From assembly GCF_009914755.1 (NCBI RefSeq), contig NC_060947.1: DNA of 64,000 nt, one strand, 5' to 3'. A program made the position numbers and the translations under genes. The notes beneath the pieces are model-generated. The model saw only the letters and a list, made by a program, of their open reading frames with translations. It made no database searches and was not told the DNA's origin. Of the stretch, positions 40,801 through 55,171 are shown in pieces; position 1 is the stretch's first letter, and each line of letters starts with the position of its first letter. This DNA comes from the human T2T-CHM13v2.0 reference genome, Homo sapiens.

Positions 40801-43001
40801 TTTCACCAGTCAACTTGCCGGACCTCTTGGCTCTTCTGTGAGATGGTTGTTGCTAACATAAAATGAAAGCCAAGGTTTTATATAAAATTCCTCTGTATTG
40901 TCCTTAAATTATAGCAGAACTCATTAGATTTCAACAGAATTACTCAGACTTAAAAATTAAATTTCAGAGAGCCTTCTGTGCTTCCTCTTGGTTTTCATTT
41001 GACACCAGGCATTCTCTACTTAAAGATAAAGCATTAAAAATATAATTTGGAGATTTATTTATATCATTTATTTACATCATATGATGAGTACTTACTATGT
41101 TCCAGACACTGTTCAGGTTTCTGAGGCTACATACAGTAACATATAATACAGATCACAGTATCTTCCTTTATAAGGTTTACAGCCAAGGGTATATATAATG
41201 CAGGCAGCTATGAAAGTGGGGTGAGGATGGCAATGGGGGGATGCACAACAGCAAGTAACCTGTCAAATACGTAAAATCACCGCAATTTGTTAATAAGTGC
41301 TATGAATGGTGTGATCAGATGTAGATCTTCCAAGGACAGCACATTTTAAGTTATATAAAAATTAGTTCCCGTAAGTGCCTATTGAAACATCACTGAGAAG
41401 ATAGAAGAAGGAAAGAATAAAGAAGGAAATAGAAAAAGGCACCTGGAATTTTAATTGTAGTCGAACCACTTTCAGAGATTCTTTGAAGGCTCTGAGCAAG
41501 GGAGACAATGCTATTTCTAGGCCTCCTTGGTGTCCCCTAGCTGTCTGTCTCCACTGCCAGGAGAACTACCTGTAAGATTGCTCTGCCACTGGCTCTTAAT
41601 GGACTTTCTCAAGGCTTCCCTGGTTACATATCCCATGGTTATGAGCCCCACCACCCCACTACCCTACCACCCCATTTCCCTGACATAATTTCCTTTAACT
41701 TCCTCAGTCGAGTCTTTTAGTTGAAGGGAATGTTTTAATTTTATTTATAACTTTAAAAATGGTCAATTTGGTGACTCATTAGAGAAGTCATACCCTACAT
41801 TTGAATACTTTGTTATCTTCCCTTGAAGAATCACAATGAAGGATATGAGAGGGAGACAATGTGCTTAGTGAAATGACCATTATATAGGGAGTTAGGATAC
41901 CCAGTTTCTAGTCCTGGTATAGCCATTTACTCACGCTGTGACTCAGAGAAGACCATAGTATATCTCTAGACCTTGGCATCTCCGCCAGGACAATGGGGGA
42001 GATGGGTGTGTGTGAAAAATTCAGAATAAGCAAAACTTGGAAAATCAAGACAAGGCATTTCAAATAATCTAGTCTAGTGCTTGGCTACAAAACTATTCAC
42101 AAAATCTTAGCCCATCACAGAACTCTGTCCTTACAAATCATGCCATGCAGCACTGGCCCTAGAAAGCAGCTGCACTGTTTTCTAGGCTGACACCAGTTTG
42201 GACATCCTGGATTAGTACACAAACTAAATAGTTATAAAATACTGAAATACAAAGTGATTTCTGTGTCTGAAAAGACTAAATACAACCAATGCTATGCTCT
42301 GGGTTGCTGAGTAGCAACAAGAATGACCAGTTATTTTGGCCAATAATTTTATTTCAGGTGCTCCTTTCCACGTGGAAGTGATTTCTAGGTGTGCTCAGCC
42401 TGGGTCCTTCCCCAAAAGAAGATGGTGCTCTCATGTGTTCTCAGATGGGCTGCTTGCACGCCCTCTTACCTGTATAGAAAAGAAAGCCTGTGTTTTTCTT
42501 CTTCCTGCTTCTGTATAATAAATTGCCAGACTAAAACTGAGCTGTTCAATAAATATTTCTTTTTATTACTGGAACTACCAGAGACCCAGGGCTTGGCTCT
42601 GTAATTTATGATGGTGTTTGCTCTCTCACTCTCTGCTAAGTTTTTCAAGATATAAAAAGTTTTGGCAGGCTCTGCTAGGTCTGATTTGAAAGCCAATTCT
42701 TATTTCTTCTATCTGTCTCGGTGTGTCTCCCAAATTCATCATCTTTTCTTCTCCAATCTCTGTGCCTCTTCCCATGGTCAGGCCTTTATCATCTCATATC
42801 TAAACCATTGCAGTCGTCCCCTCACTACTCTCCTTATGGGACTCTTCCTAAAGCAGAACTCTGATCCCAGCACTTTTGCTCAGAAACCTTCCATGACTCC
42901 CCATTTCCTATGGAATTAGGTCTAGATTCTTCTATTTTCCATTCTCAACTATATTCCTAAATTGTCTCCCACTGCTCAACTTCCTGAACTCTCTTTTATA
43001 A

Positions 43002-43427
<426 letters not shown>

Positions 43428-44710
43428 AGATCTCATTTTTAAGACAAAATACTAAAGTTCCAATTGATGCAATTCCCTCCCTACTTCAATTCCTGTCTTC
43501 CTAGAGCTAACCGCTATCTTAAACTTGTCTTTTTTATCATTCCCATGTATGTTTCTCTAATTTTATTACAGGTTTACACATTCTGAAACTATATATATAA
43601 TATATATATAATATATACATATATAACTATATATACATATGTAACTATATATGTGTATATATATACATATACATATAATTGTTTTGTATGCATTTAAACT
43701 TTACATAAATGACAGCACACTTCAGCCTCCCACAATGTGCTTTCTTCACTCAATACTGTGTTCTTGTAATTTTTCGTGTTGATACATATACACTATAACT
43801 CATTTACTTTTACTGCTGCTATAGTATTATTTTATGAATATACTTCAATTTATCTATTCTCCTGTTTCTTTTTTCAATTTTTTTTACTATTGCAGAAAAT
43901 ATTGCCATGAATATTTATGTACAAGTCTCCTTCTGCACAGTGAGAGATCGTTTTTCTAGGATATTTCCTTCTTAGGTCTGGAACTGCTAGGTGTTCATTT
44001 TCAGTTTTACCAGATATTGCCATACTGCTTTTCTAGGTTGTATCATTTTGTACTCTTACTTGCTATTAGAGTTCTGGTTCCTACACACCCTTAAGATATT
44101 TAGTATTATCAGTCTTTTAAATATGTGTCTATTATATGAATGTGAAATGGTATTTTATTGTAGTTTTACTTTGTGTTTCTCTCATTGCTAGTGACGTTGA
44201 ACATATTTTTATACGCTTATGGCTATTAGATTTCTACTATTGCCTGTTAACATTAATTGCCCATTTTTTGCATTGTTTTGTCTTTTTCTTGTTGATATTA
44301 TGAATTCTTTGTTAATTCTGGATATTAATATTTTATAAGTTATATGCATTATATGTATCTTCTTGTTTGTGGCTTTTCTTTTCACTCTTTTTATGGTGTC
44401 TTTTATTGAGTAGATATTTTACATTTTAGAAAGGCAAAATTTATCAGTCTTTTTAATGGTTTGTGTTTTTTGTGACTTGGTTAAGAATCCCTTCCTTAAT
44501 CTAAGGCCATAATGACATTTCCCTATACTTTCTTGTAAAAGTTTAAAATTTGATTTTCACTTTAGCACTGTAGCCCACTTGGGATTACTTCTTGCATATG
44601 GTTTAAGGTAAGAATAAATACCTATTATTTATATTTTTATTTGTCATTATGTGAATACCTAATTTTCCCTTGCCATTTATTGAACAGTTTTTCTTTTCCT
44701 CACTGTTTTT

Positions 44711-45003
<293 letters not shown>

Positions 45004-45366
45004 TTCCTCACTGTTTTTCATACATCTCTTTTATATATAATTTCCATAAATGTGTGGTATGTGTCTGAGTTCATTGTACTGTTTCATTGATCTGTTTGCC
45101 TATCCCTATGCAATACCACATTGTCATAATGTTCATTGTTTTAGAATAAGACTTGATATGTAGTAGAGAAAACCCCTTACCTTGTTTTACTTGTTAAGAT
45201 TTTGCTGGTTATTTTTGGCCCTTTGATTTTCTGTATAAATTTTTTAAATCAGCTCATCAAGTACCACAAAAAGTTAAGATTTTGACTGAAAGTACGTCGC
45301 ACATGTAGAATAATCTGGAGAATTGACATCTTTATGATATTTAGTTTTTTGCATCCATAAGCATAG

Positions 45367-45673
45367 TATATCTTACCGTTATTTAGGTCTCCTTTTATGA
45401 TTTTTAAACAATGTTTTAGAACTTTATTTATAAAGATTTTGCATGCACTGTCATAGATTTTTGTCTAAGAATCTTATAATTTTGGTTGCTATTGTAAATA
45501 TTATGTTTAAAAATTATATTTATATCTTACCATTACTTAAGTCTCGTTTTATGATTTTTAAACAACATTTTAGAACTTTATTTATAAAGATTTTGCATGC
45601 ACTTTCATAGATATCTGTCTAAGAATCTTATATTTTCAGTTACCATTGTAAATAGTATATTTTAAAATTATAT
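45367..45673. repeat. ~154-bp diverged tandem duplication
   Basis: TATATCTTACC...AAAATTATAT at 45367 and again at 45521. Confidence 0.92.
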
Positions 45674-45699
45674 ATTCTAATTGTGTGTTCTTAATTTGC

Positions 45700-47050
45700 T
45701 TTCTAACCCATTGTAATCAGGATCTTACCTCACTATTCTGCTAAAATTATTCTCATTTATAGCTCCCAACTAAAAAAAAAAAAAGTCAAATGGACACATT
45801 TCAGGCCTTAATTTTTGTAGCATTTTATATTCTTGATTACTTCCTTACTCTTGAAACAACTATTTCTTCATTTGTCTCCATGAAATCATGTTTCTGTTTT
45901 CCTCCAACTTTTTGTCAGTCTTTTATAAGTTCATACATTTCTTCCTAAATATTTGTTTCTTAGTTCTTGACTCTCTTTTCTCTGATCATGGGTGATTTCC
46001 CATGGCATCTGCCACTCCATCTATGCAGTGAATCTATGCGAAACTCCTCTATCCTGAGATCCAGACCCATAAAGCCAATCACCACCTGGAATTTCTACTT
46101 AGTCGCACCATGGCTTCCTAAACTCAACATATCCAAAAGGTAGCTCAACATTTTCACTTTTCAATCTGCCTTTTTCTTGTCTTCTCAATATGAGTGCATG
46201 ATTCCTCCATCTACTCAGGTGCTCAAGCCAGAAACTTGGGAGCCATCCTTGACTCTTCCATTCCCTTCACATCATTACCTGCTTTGTGGATTCCACTTTG
46301 ACACAGCAGTCAGAGTGAACATTCCAAATTGTAATATGATAATATCACTCTCCTGATTAAAATTCTTTAGATTTCCCTATAACCTGACTTTCAAGACCTT
46401 TCCTGTTCTAGCCTTGCTAGTGTTAACACAGCCTTCCCCAAATAGGCCTTTGTCTAACTTTCTAGCCTCATCTCAGCTCATATCTACTTCTCTTATATTT
46501 GCTATCATGGTTAATGACATTCCACCTCATTTGCCTAAGTCAGAGACCCAGGATTGATCCTTGATTTCTACTGCTTTATTCATCCCATTGGCCACCAAGT
46601 CCTGTGTATTCTTAATCCTAATATTTCTCATGATTATCCATCTCCTTTTATATATAATGCCAGTATCCTAATTCAGTGTACATCACATTCCTTTTCATGT
46701 TCTTGATTCCATGTGCACAGTAGACTACTTGCAGTCCCTAAAAGCACCACACCATTTCATATCTCCATGTTTCTGAACAAGCTTTGCCTTTCCCTCTTTC
46801 ATAAATGCTTTTCTTTCTTCCTTCTCAACTTAGCCTCCAGGCAAATTCTTCTCCAACCTTCAAGACTCAGCTCAAGTATCCCCTCCTCTAGGAAGATGGT
46901 CTTGACTCTTTTAGGTAGAGCTGTTAGACTGGGAACAACTTGAGGGCAAGGGTTGTGGCTTACTTAGTCATCTCTGTATTCTTAGACTTTTACATAGGAC
47001 TTGGTGTATAGTAGATTCTCAAAAATGTTGGCTGGAAGACTTGAATGATC
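45700..47050 (+). mobile_element. L2 fragments
   Basis: CAAGCCAGAAACTTGGGAGCCATCCTTGACTC and other L2 motifs. Confidence 0.6.
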
Positions 47051-48437
47051 AATGTTTCTTCTGCACCACTAAGCTGTCCCAAACTGTCTACTTAACCTTA
47101 CCTGAGCACACAATGAACCCTCCTGCCTTGTTAATTCTATTGTACCACTTGCCTGTCTTCTTCCATTGGCACTGGCCCAGTAAGCTTGGATTATCATCAT
47201 ACTACAACCTCTTTAAAACAAGTTTTATCATGCCCATGGCAGAGATTTGGAGAGAGCAAGCTTGTGTCTGCAAGCAGATTAGAATGATATAAATGTCTCA
47301 ACAACACCTTCTTGCTCCTGCACTGAAGAACATTTTCTCTTTTTCTTGTGCAATACTTTTAGGTACATTTATTAAAGCAATCACAAAACAACTCAACCAT
47401 ACCTGGCTGCACATCCTGCACATGTACTTCAGATCTTAAAATAAAAGTTAAAAAAATAAAGTAGAAAAGTATCATTAATAGGAAAATAACAGCCAATGTA
47501 AGAAAAAGGGAAGCTTAAATCTAAAACAAAGTGAGACTTGCTAAAAAATGATGACATGGTAACTGGAGGAAAGGAGAGGCCATTTAAAATTTACATTCTG
47601 ATTAAACACGCATTCAACAGTGGAGAACATGTCCACTATAAGAAGGCATTACAGTATTAGAAAAAGAAAAGATGCTTAAGTCCTATTTTATTTTAATCTT
47701 TTCTGTAAAACAGAATCTTCGGGGGCAGCTACATGTGAAAGACTTGAACTATCACATAAGTGAACTGATGAAAAAGCATCTAGGTGTTCTGAATAACATT
47801 ATATTCCCCTTCCTGAGGGACATTTTCTTTCATCCATTAATCCATCCACCTATCCCCTTAACAGATATCTGAGGTTATTTCTGGGAAGAAGAAAGCTATT
47901 TCCAAGTTCACTGGAGGCCTCCCTCAGAGTGGACTGGAACCTGTGAAGACGGGAGTTTCAAACTGCCTAATCTATTAAGAGATCCTGAGTTTATCCTCCT
48001 TGAGGTGACCACACACCATTTTTACCGAAGTAACAAATCACAGACAAATATTTGACATCAAAGATCTTCCCAATTCTAGTCTCTAACCAAACAACATTGT
48101 TTCAGAGAGTCATAGAAAAAAAAAAAAAAAAAACCTTTCTGAAGTAGAAGGTCATCAATGAGATGTTGTAGAAAGAGCATTGAATCAGGAGTCAGAGAAA
48201 CCAAACTGTAGTCCCTTCTCTGCCATCCATCAGTCTTGTTACATCTCTGCACTTTGACCTCCCCCAGCCACAATACAGGGAAAACAAAAGGAGCCTACAC
48301 AGCCAACTTCATGAGACATCCTAAAAGAGCAGTGAGAGAAGAGATAGGAGTCTTCCTTGTGTTAGTTATCAGGAAACTGATTTTATCCTCCCTGCTAGAC
48401 AGCAAGATCTTTAATTTCAGGAATTGTTATTGTCTTC

Positions 48438-48660
48438 ATTCCATCAATCAACAAATATTTATCAAGTGCCTACTATATGCCAGGCACTAAACTAGGTGTT
48501 GGGGATACAGCAGTGACCAGGACAGACAAAAATACCTGCTCTCATGGGGCTCACAATTTGAAAAGGCAGACAGTGAAAAAGCAGCTGTGAAACATGATGA
48601 GAGTTCTAAACAGAGAAGCACAGGATGCGATGAGAGTACAAAGAAGAGGCTGCAGACACA
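48438..48660 (-). mobile_element. L2 3' end
   Basis: CAACAAATATTTATCAAGTGCCTACTATATGCCAGGCACT...GGGGATACAGCAGTGA. Confidence 0.8.
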
Positions 48661-48981
48661 GTGGTGATAACAACTGCCCTGGTGCTTTCCCAGCCCTGCT
48701 CAGAAGGTAGGATAGCCCCCTCTCTGAGACCATCTCCACATGGTGCACTATACAAACTTGACATGAACATGCATAAAGTATCAATAGTATTTTAATACTA
48801 TGGTAAAAATACCATCATGAATTGCAAACCCAAATATATAAACCAAGCTTTATTCTCTGATAGACATTTATGGAGTTCCCTTTTATACCATGCAGTATTC
48901 TAGATGCATAAGACATGGTTTCTACCTCACAGAGCTTACAGCTTTGTGGATTTGTTATGGATTTTTAAAAATAGTGACTCA

Positions 48982-49308
<327 letters not shown>

Positions 49309-50635
49309 TTAAAAATAATGACACAATGACACCTTTGTTCTATTTAGGAAATAGAACAAAGTGTTAACAACTGTGGTTGCTTTTGACAGATGAAACTACC
49401 GTTTTTTTGGTTCTATGTTTCTGTGTTTTTCAAATGTTGTATAATGAGCATAAGTTACTTTTACAATGTAAAAAATAAATGTTATTGAAACTTTTAAAAA
49501 TTAGAAAACGGTGACATACATTTTGCAGCTACACACCAAAACAGGACATTTTTCAAACTGATCTTAGAAGCTTGATTTGTTGTAACCTGAGCCAGTGCCA
49601 TTCATAAATTCCCAGTTTCCAGCTTGTGGTTTTAGTTACCATGGAAAGGCACAAGGCAATTAGAAATACACCTTTGAAATTGTATGGAAATATAGTCTTC
49701 TGTGTACGACTTACGAAAAATCAAAGTTCAGAGAAATGGTATAAAAAGCACCCAGCGATCAAATGTACAAGATAAATATTTTGCCTCTTTTCTCCTAACA
49801 AACAAGAAAATAATGAGAAGAAACGTGATTGTTATAATATTTTAGAAAGAGATATGAGAGAGAATAAAAAAGATGAAAAGAAATCATTGCATAGAAACAG
49901 CAACAATTACCAAAGAAAAGGAAAATAAATAAAGGGAAAAAGAGCAAGGAGGGAAGGGGAAGGATAGGCTAAGAAATGTTTACATGTAGAAGTAGACATG
50001 AGTAAGGCTTGCAGACAAGCACATTAGGACCCCAGAGAACTGACAATGGTGCGGAAGTTTATGTTCAATGCCAGAGTGAGTGAGTAAATGCCAACTGGTT
50101 AGTTTTAGAGTTTGGGAAGAGTTCGAGAAAGATCAAGAACCCAAAGTAAAAGATACAGGACTCCAAGGCAGTCAGTTGAAGTAATGAGGTACAGTAGTGA
50201 AAGGGCATGGAGACCTATGCTTGGCATCTGGGGGTAACTAAGGGGGTGGGGGGGCATTTACTTGCCCTTGAGTCCAAGGGTGAGAAGTGTGAGCCACTGT
50301 TCAGGGCACTGGGGAAAGGCTGCACACTGGGATAAGGTCTATGAGCTGCAAAGTGGGTTTCCACCCATTAGCTTGTCAGACCCACCTAACCATGAGGTGG
50401 TTAGGATATTATCTATCACCACTTTTACAGGCAGACAAACTGAGAGCAGTAACATGGCTGTTGGTGAAGATCATGCAATGGTGAGGCTAGACTAAAACTG
50501 GCTTTTGAGTGTGGTATCTCTTCCCCTGTACCCCCATTTATCTCAAAATGAATTGATCCTGAGAAAAGCTATAGCTGTACCCAGGTAATTCACCACTCAC
50601 CAAAGCACAGCAGCTATCCTCATCCCCCACTCTAA

Positions 50636-50637
<2 letters not shown>

Positions 50638-50667
<30 letters not shown>
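50638..50667. repeat. (CA)n microsatellite
   Basis: About 15 CA units. Confidence 0.95.
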
Positions 50668-50670
<3 letters not shown>

Positions 50671-52809
50671 AACTGACCCAGATCCAGCTTGGAGCTCTCC
50701 TAGGTCCAGGATGGAACTAAGGCTCCAGCAATGATGTGTATTCCTCAGATAGAAAGCACAATGGCCCAATGGCCCAGGGACCGTAGAAGCCCAGGAAGCA
50801 TCTCTTGAAGAAATAACAGGACTGCTCTGGGTTTCCTGCCTTGGTGATAATGGTGGATGCAGGATCATAAAGCACATTTGAGGACCTGAGCAACTAGTCA
50901 GAGTAGAGAGGTGCGGGGCAGGGTGTGCAAGCCTCTTCTTTGTATTTACTTAGGGGAGGGAAGTACTGGTTACAGGCCTGAGCCTTTCACCAACAGGCAA
51001 ATTAAAAAAAAAAAAAAAAAAAAGCCTTGTCCAGAGATGCAGGCTGCAGAAGCGCCTTGTCACATTCAAAGCAAATGGGAAGAGAGGGGTCTGGGACCAG
51101 TTTAAATCGAGTGAGTGTCCATCAGCTGAGACTATGAAGAGCCTGAACTTATTGGATGAAGGGCTTTGGGGTGAAGAAAGGAAATTCTTTATCTTTGCTT
51201 AAAAATCATGTGTGCATTTGTGCAATAGTTCTGCCTCAACAGGTCTTACCTGCCACTCTCTTCCCTAGGGAAGCAGCAGAGTGGAATGAGACAGGCCTGT
51301 GTCAAGAGTAGAGGGCAGAGTCCTGCAGTCCAATCCCAGCAGAGAAACTTAGCTCTTGGGTAAGTAATCCTGTCTGTGATCTGACGCCTCTGAGCTTCCC
51401 TTTCCCGATCTTTCAGATTGTGGGGAGGGGCAGGGTAATGCCTACCTATTAGGGTTCTTATAAGAACAGGAGACAAGATGTTGAAGGCCCTTGGGCCGAG
51501 AGGCTGTTGGAGCAAGTGTGAGTGGGCTGGGGGCCTTAAGGCTCCTGGCTCCAGAGAGATGGGGAAAGTGAGGACCAGGTAGGGAGGCACCTGCCCAAGG
51601 TCACCAAAGAAGTCACAAATTTTCCAGCACCTGGTGAGGCTGGCATTGTCAGAACCCTAGCCTCTGAAAGCCCCTGAGCAGCACTGAATGTATAGCCAGG
51701 GCCTGGCCAGGAGGCTGGGGTGTTGTCTAGGCAGCTGTTTGCAAGAAATAAAGAGCCTCTGCCAACACCCTTCCTTTCCCTGCCAGGGAAGGAAATGAGA
51801 GAACTGGGCTGCGTTTACCTATTTCAGGTTCCAAAACTTTCAACTGTTTTTAGACAGTAAAGGAGCAGCGAATTTTTTTTTAATTGAAGGAAAGACAAAA
51901 AGAAGTTCAAGACATGGCCAAGTACGTATCTTATTCCCTCCAGACACATAGCTTTGATTTTACATCCTTAAACGACGGGAGAAGATAACTCTATAATGAC
52001 AGCATCCAGACGTGCCCAGCAGCAGACCACAGGCAAAGACAGCTCAACAGTAAAGCCCTTATTTCCTGTGTCTCTGCCCTAAGAGAGGATGTCACCATGT
52101 CATGCAGAGTCTCTCTCCGTGAGGCCCCTAATTCTATTTGTCCCCTGAATACTATTGGATTGTGGTCCCAATTACCATAAGTGCATATTTATTGAGTTCT
52201 TTTATTTAAGAAATAAAGGGACAAGCTAGCTATGGAGCAATTGAGATAATCAACTGCTTTTGACATTTCAATCTGTGCAACTTTCTCAATTTGTACTCTG
52301 ACCTCAAAGCTTCCTGTGCCCCAGGGTCCTGCTCGCAGAAAGATTTCCATATCTCCTTCCAAGACCTGCACCACCTGCCCACACCTGCTCCTAGCCCTGC
52401 TACCCTTGTACTTGGGTTCTCTCGCTCCCTCAGGCAGCAGCAACAGCATCACCCCATGAGCACCACACTTTTGACTTTACAAGGTTCTTGCACGTGTTAG
52501 TTCCTGTGACCTCTCAACAGTCCTGGGTAGATGGCAGAGTGAGATTTATGAGTCCCTGTTCAGAGGAGGAAATTAAGACTTAGAAAGGGGCAATAGCACC
52601 AAAAGCACACATCTGGAGGTGCTACTAGTGGTGGAAGAGCTTAAAGTCATTGCCATGCCCTCTGCCTCCTAGCTGCAACTGCATCTTGCATCCTTTGGAA
52701 TGCTGGGAACACCTGGAGATTCCAAAGGACTTCTTTTGTTGATGTCACTGCAATGAAGCCTTCCTTGGAATCACAGTGTGTAAGTGCCACATGAAAAACA
52801 AAACAAAAC

Positions 52810-53285
52810 AAACCTGACATTTGTACACCCATGTTGAGAGCAGCATATTCACAACAACCAAAAAGTGGAAACCGCCCAAATGTCCACTCATGATGAATGG
52901 ATAAACCAAACATGGTACACACATACTATGGAATATTGTCCAGCCTTAAAAAGGAAGGAAATTCTGACACGTGCTACAACATGGATGATCCTTGAGGACA
53001 TTATGGTGAGTGAAACGAGTCAGTCACAAAAGGACAAATACTGTAGGATCCAAATTTGGAAGGGCCTTAGAATAGTCAAACTCATGGAGACAGACAGTAG
53101 AATGGTGGGTGTCAGGGGCTGGTGGAGGGGGAGTGGGGAGTTAGTCGTTGCTGGGTATAGAGTTTCAGTTTGGGAAGATGAACAAGTTCTGCAGAGGGAT
53201 GGTGGTTAACACTTAAAGATGGTTAAGATAGCTATTTTATCTTATGTGTATTTTACCACAATTACAAATGTATTTAAATATAAAA
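52810..53285 (+). mobile_element. L1MB-like 3' end
   Basis: ORF2 end (EWINQTWYTHTMEYCPALKRKEIL) followed by an L1MB-type 3'UTR. Confidence 0.8.
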
Positions 53286-53895
53286 ATCTTGAGTGTCCAC
53301 ATCCCTTATCTCTTCCTCTCATTACATCACAGTCTGTTGAAAAAACCCTTTAGTGCCCACTGACTGCATGAACCATAAGGGCCACACTCCTGAGCTCAGT
53401 CTACAGATTTATCCACCTCTTTTCCCTTTTGTGCATGTGATGCTGCAACCAGTCTAATTTTTCCAGTCTCCTGCCTGGAGGGAAAATATTCAGGTGCCAG
53501 TGTTCTGGGAGCCAAGAGGGTCAAAGGTGACAGGGTTCTCTGCTTTCAACATTTGGGTTACATGCATTCACACAATCCCTTGTTTTGTGGAGAGGCTACT
53601 GTCCTCCACTTTTCCTGGTGTCCCCAGTCTGGAGACCCTCTGTTCAATCCTCTCCGAGAATAACTTCACCATGCCCCAGTCCTGAGGTAACTGGGGCTGC
53701 CTGTTCTTGAGCCAGTGGAAAACTCTGTGATGTAGATTACGTTGCTCCTCAGCCATCCCCACTGCCAACCTGGATTCAGCTTCCTTGGGTCAGCTAAGTC
53801 AGCTACTCCTGGTTCATCTCTCAGCTTCTGAAATGCTGTTATGCTTGTCTCCCTTTCCATTCTTTCTGTCACTGTGAGATTGTTTTAAAAAATAC

Positions 53896-54107
53896 TGATT
53901 CTCCTCTACTCTACTTATGATGGGGTTGTGTTCTGATAAACCCATGGTAAATTGAAAATGCACATTTGATTTATAATATTTTCAGTTTACGAGTTTATCT
54001 GGATGTGACTCCATCTTCAGCTGAGGAGCATACTGAATACGTGTTGCTTTTGTACCATCCTAAAGTTGAAAAATTGTAAATTGAACCACTGTAAGTTAGG
54101 GATTGTA
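53896..54107. mobile_element. MER47/Tigger5-family DNA transposon relic
   Basis: ACTTATGATGGGGTTG...GATAAACCCAT...; CTTTTGTACCATCCTAAAGTTGAAAAATTGTAA...TAAGTTAGGGA. Confidence 0.7.
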
Positions 54108-54264
54108 GGTAATCCTTTACTGTGCTTCTGGGAGGGAGTGAAACTTAGATGCACATGACCATTCTACCATGTTTACCTGAACTTTGCTCTGAATGTTAAA
54201 TAACTAGCAGAAGTAAGCCAGGAGACACCAGGAAGACAGCATTTCAGACAGAAGGGGCAGCATC

Positions 54265-55171
54265 GAGGGGGAGGAGCCAAGATGGCCGAATAGGAACAGC
54301 TCCGGTCTACAGCTCCCAGCGTGAGCAACGCAGAAGACGGGTGATTTCTGCATTTCCATCTGAGGTACCGGGTTCATCTCACTAGGGAGTGCCAGACAGT
54401 GGGCGCAGGTCAGTGGGTGCGTGCACCGTGCGCGAGCGAAGCAGGGCGAGGCATTGCCTCACCTGGGAAGCGCAAGGGGTCAGGGAGTTCCCTTTCCGAG
54501 TCAAAGAAAGGGGTGACGGACGCACCTGGAAAATCGGGTCACTCCCACCCGAATATTGCGCTTTTCAGACCGGCTTAAAAAACGGCGCACCAGGAGACTA
54601 TATCCCACACCTGGCTCAGAGGGTCCTACACCCACGGAATCTCGCTGATTGCTAGCACAGCAGTCTGAGATCAAACTGCAAGGCGGCAACGAGGCTGGGG
54701 GAGGGGCGCCCGCCATTGCCCAGGCTTGCTTAGGTAAACAAAGCAGCCGGGAAGCTCGAACTGGGTGGAGCCCACCACAGCTCAAGGAGGCCTGCCTGCC
54801 TCTGTAGGCTCCACCTCTGGGGGCAGGGCACAGACAAACAAAAAGACAGCAGTAACCTCTGCAGACTCAAGTGTCCCTGTCTGACAGCTTTGAAGAGAGC
54901 AGTGGTTCTCCCAGCACGCAGCTGGAGATCTGAGAACGGGCAGACTGCATCCTCAAGTGGGTCCCTGACCCCTGACCCCCGAGCAGCCTAACTGGGAGGC
55001 ACCCCCCAGCAGGGGCACACTGACACCTCACACGGCAGGGTATTCCAACAGACCTGCAGCTGAGGGTCCTGTCTGTTAGAAGGAAAACTAACAACCAGAA
55101 AGGACATCCACACCAAAAACCCATCTATACATCACCATCATCAAAGACCAAAAGTAGATAAAACAACAAAG
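54265..55171 (+). promoter_or_regulatory. L1 5'UTR internal sense promoter and antisense promoter
   Basis: Intact YY1 motif AAGATGGCC at 54279-54287; SOX-type AACAAA sites ~54737 and ~54837; CpG-rich. Confidence 0.88.
54501..54716 (-). CDS. ORF0: L1 ORF0 (71 aa, antisense, primate-specific)
   Basis: MAGAPPPASLPPCSLISDCCASNQRDSVGVGPSEPGVGYSL...RCVRHPFL, open, ATG at 54716. Confidence 0.85.
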   Translation of the reverse strand: MAGAPPPASLPPCSLISDCCASNQRDSVGVGPSEPGVGYSLLVRRFLSRSEKRNIRVGVTRFSRCVRHPFL

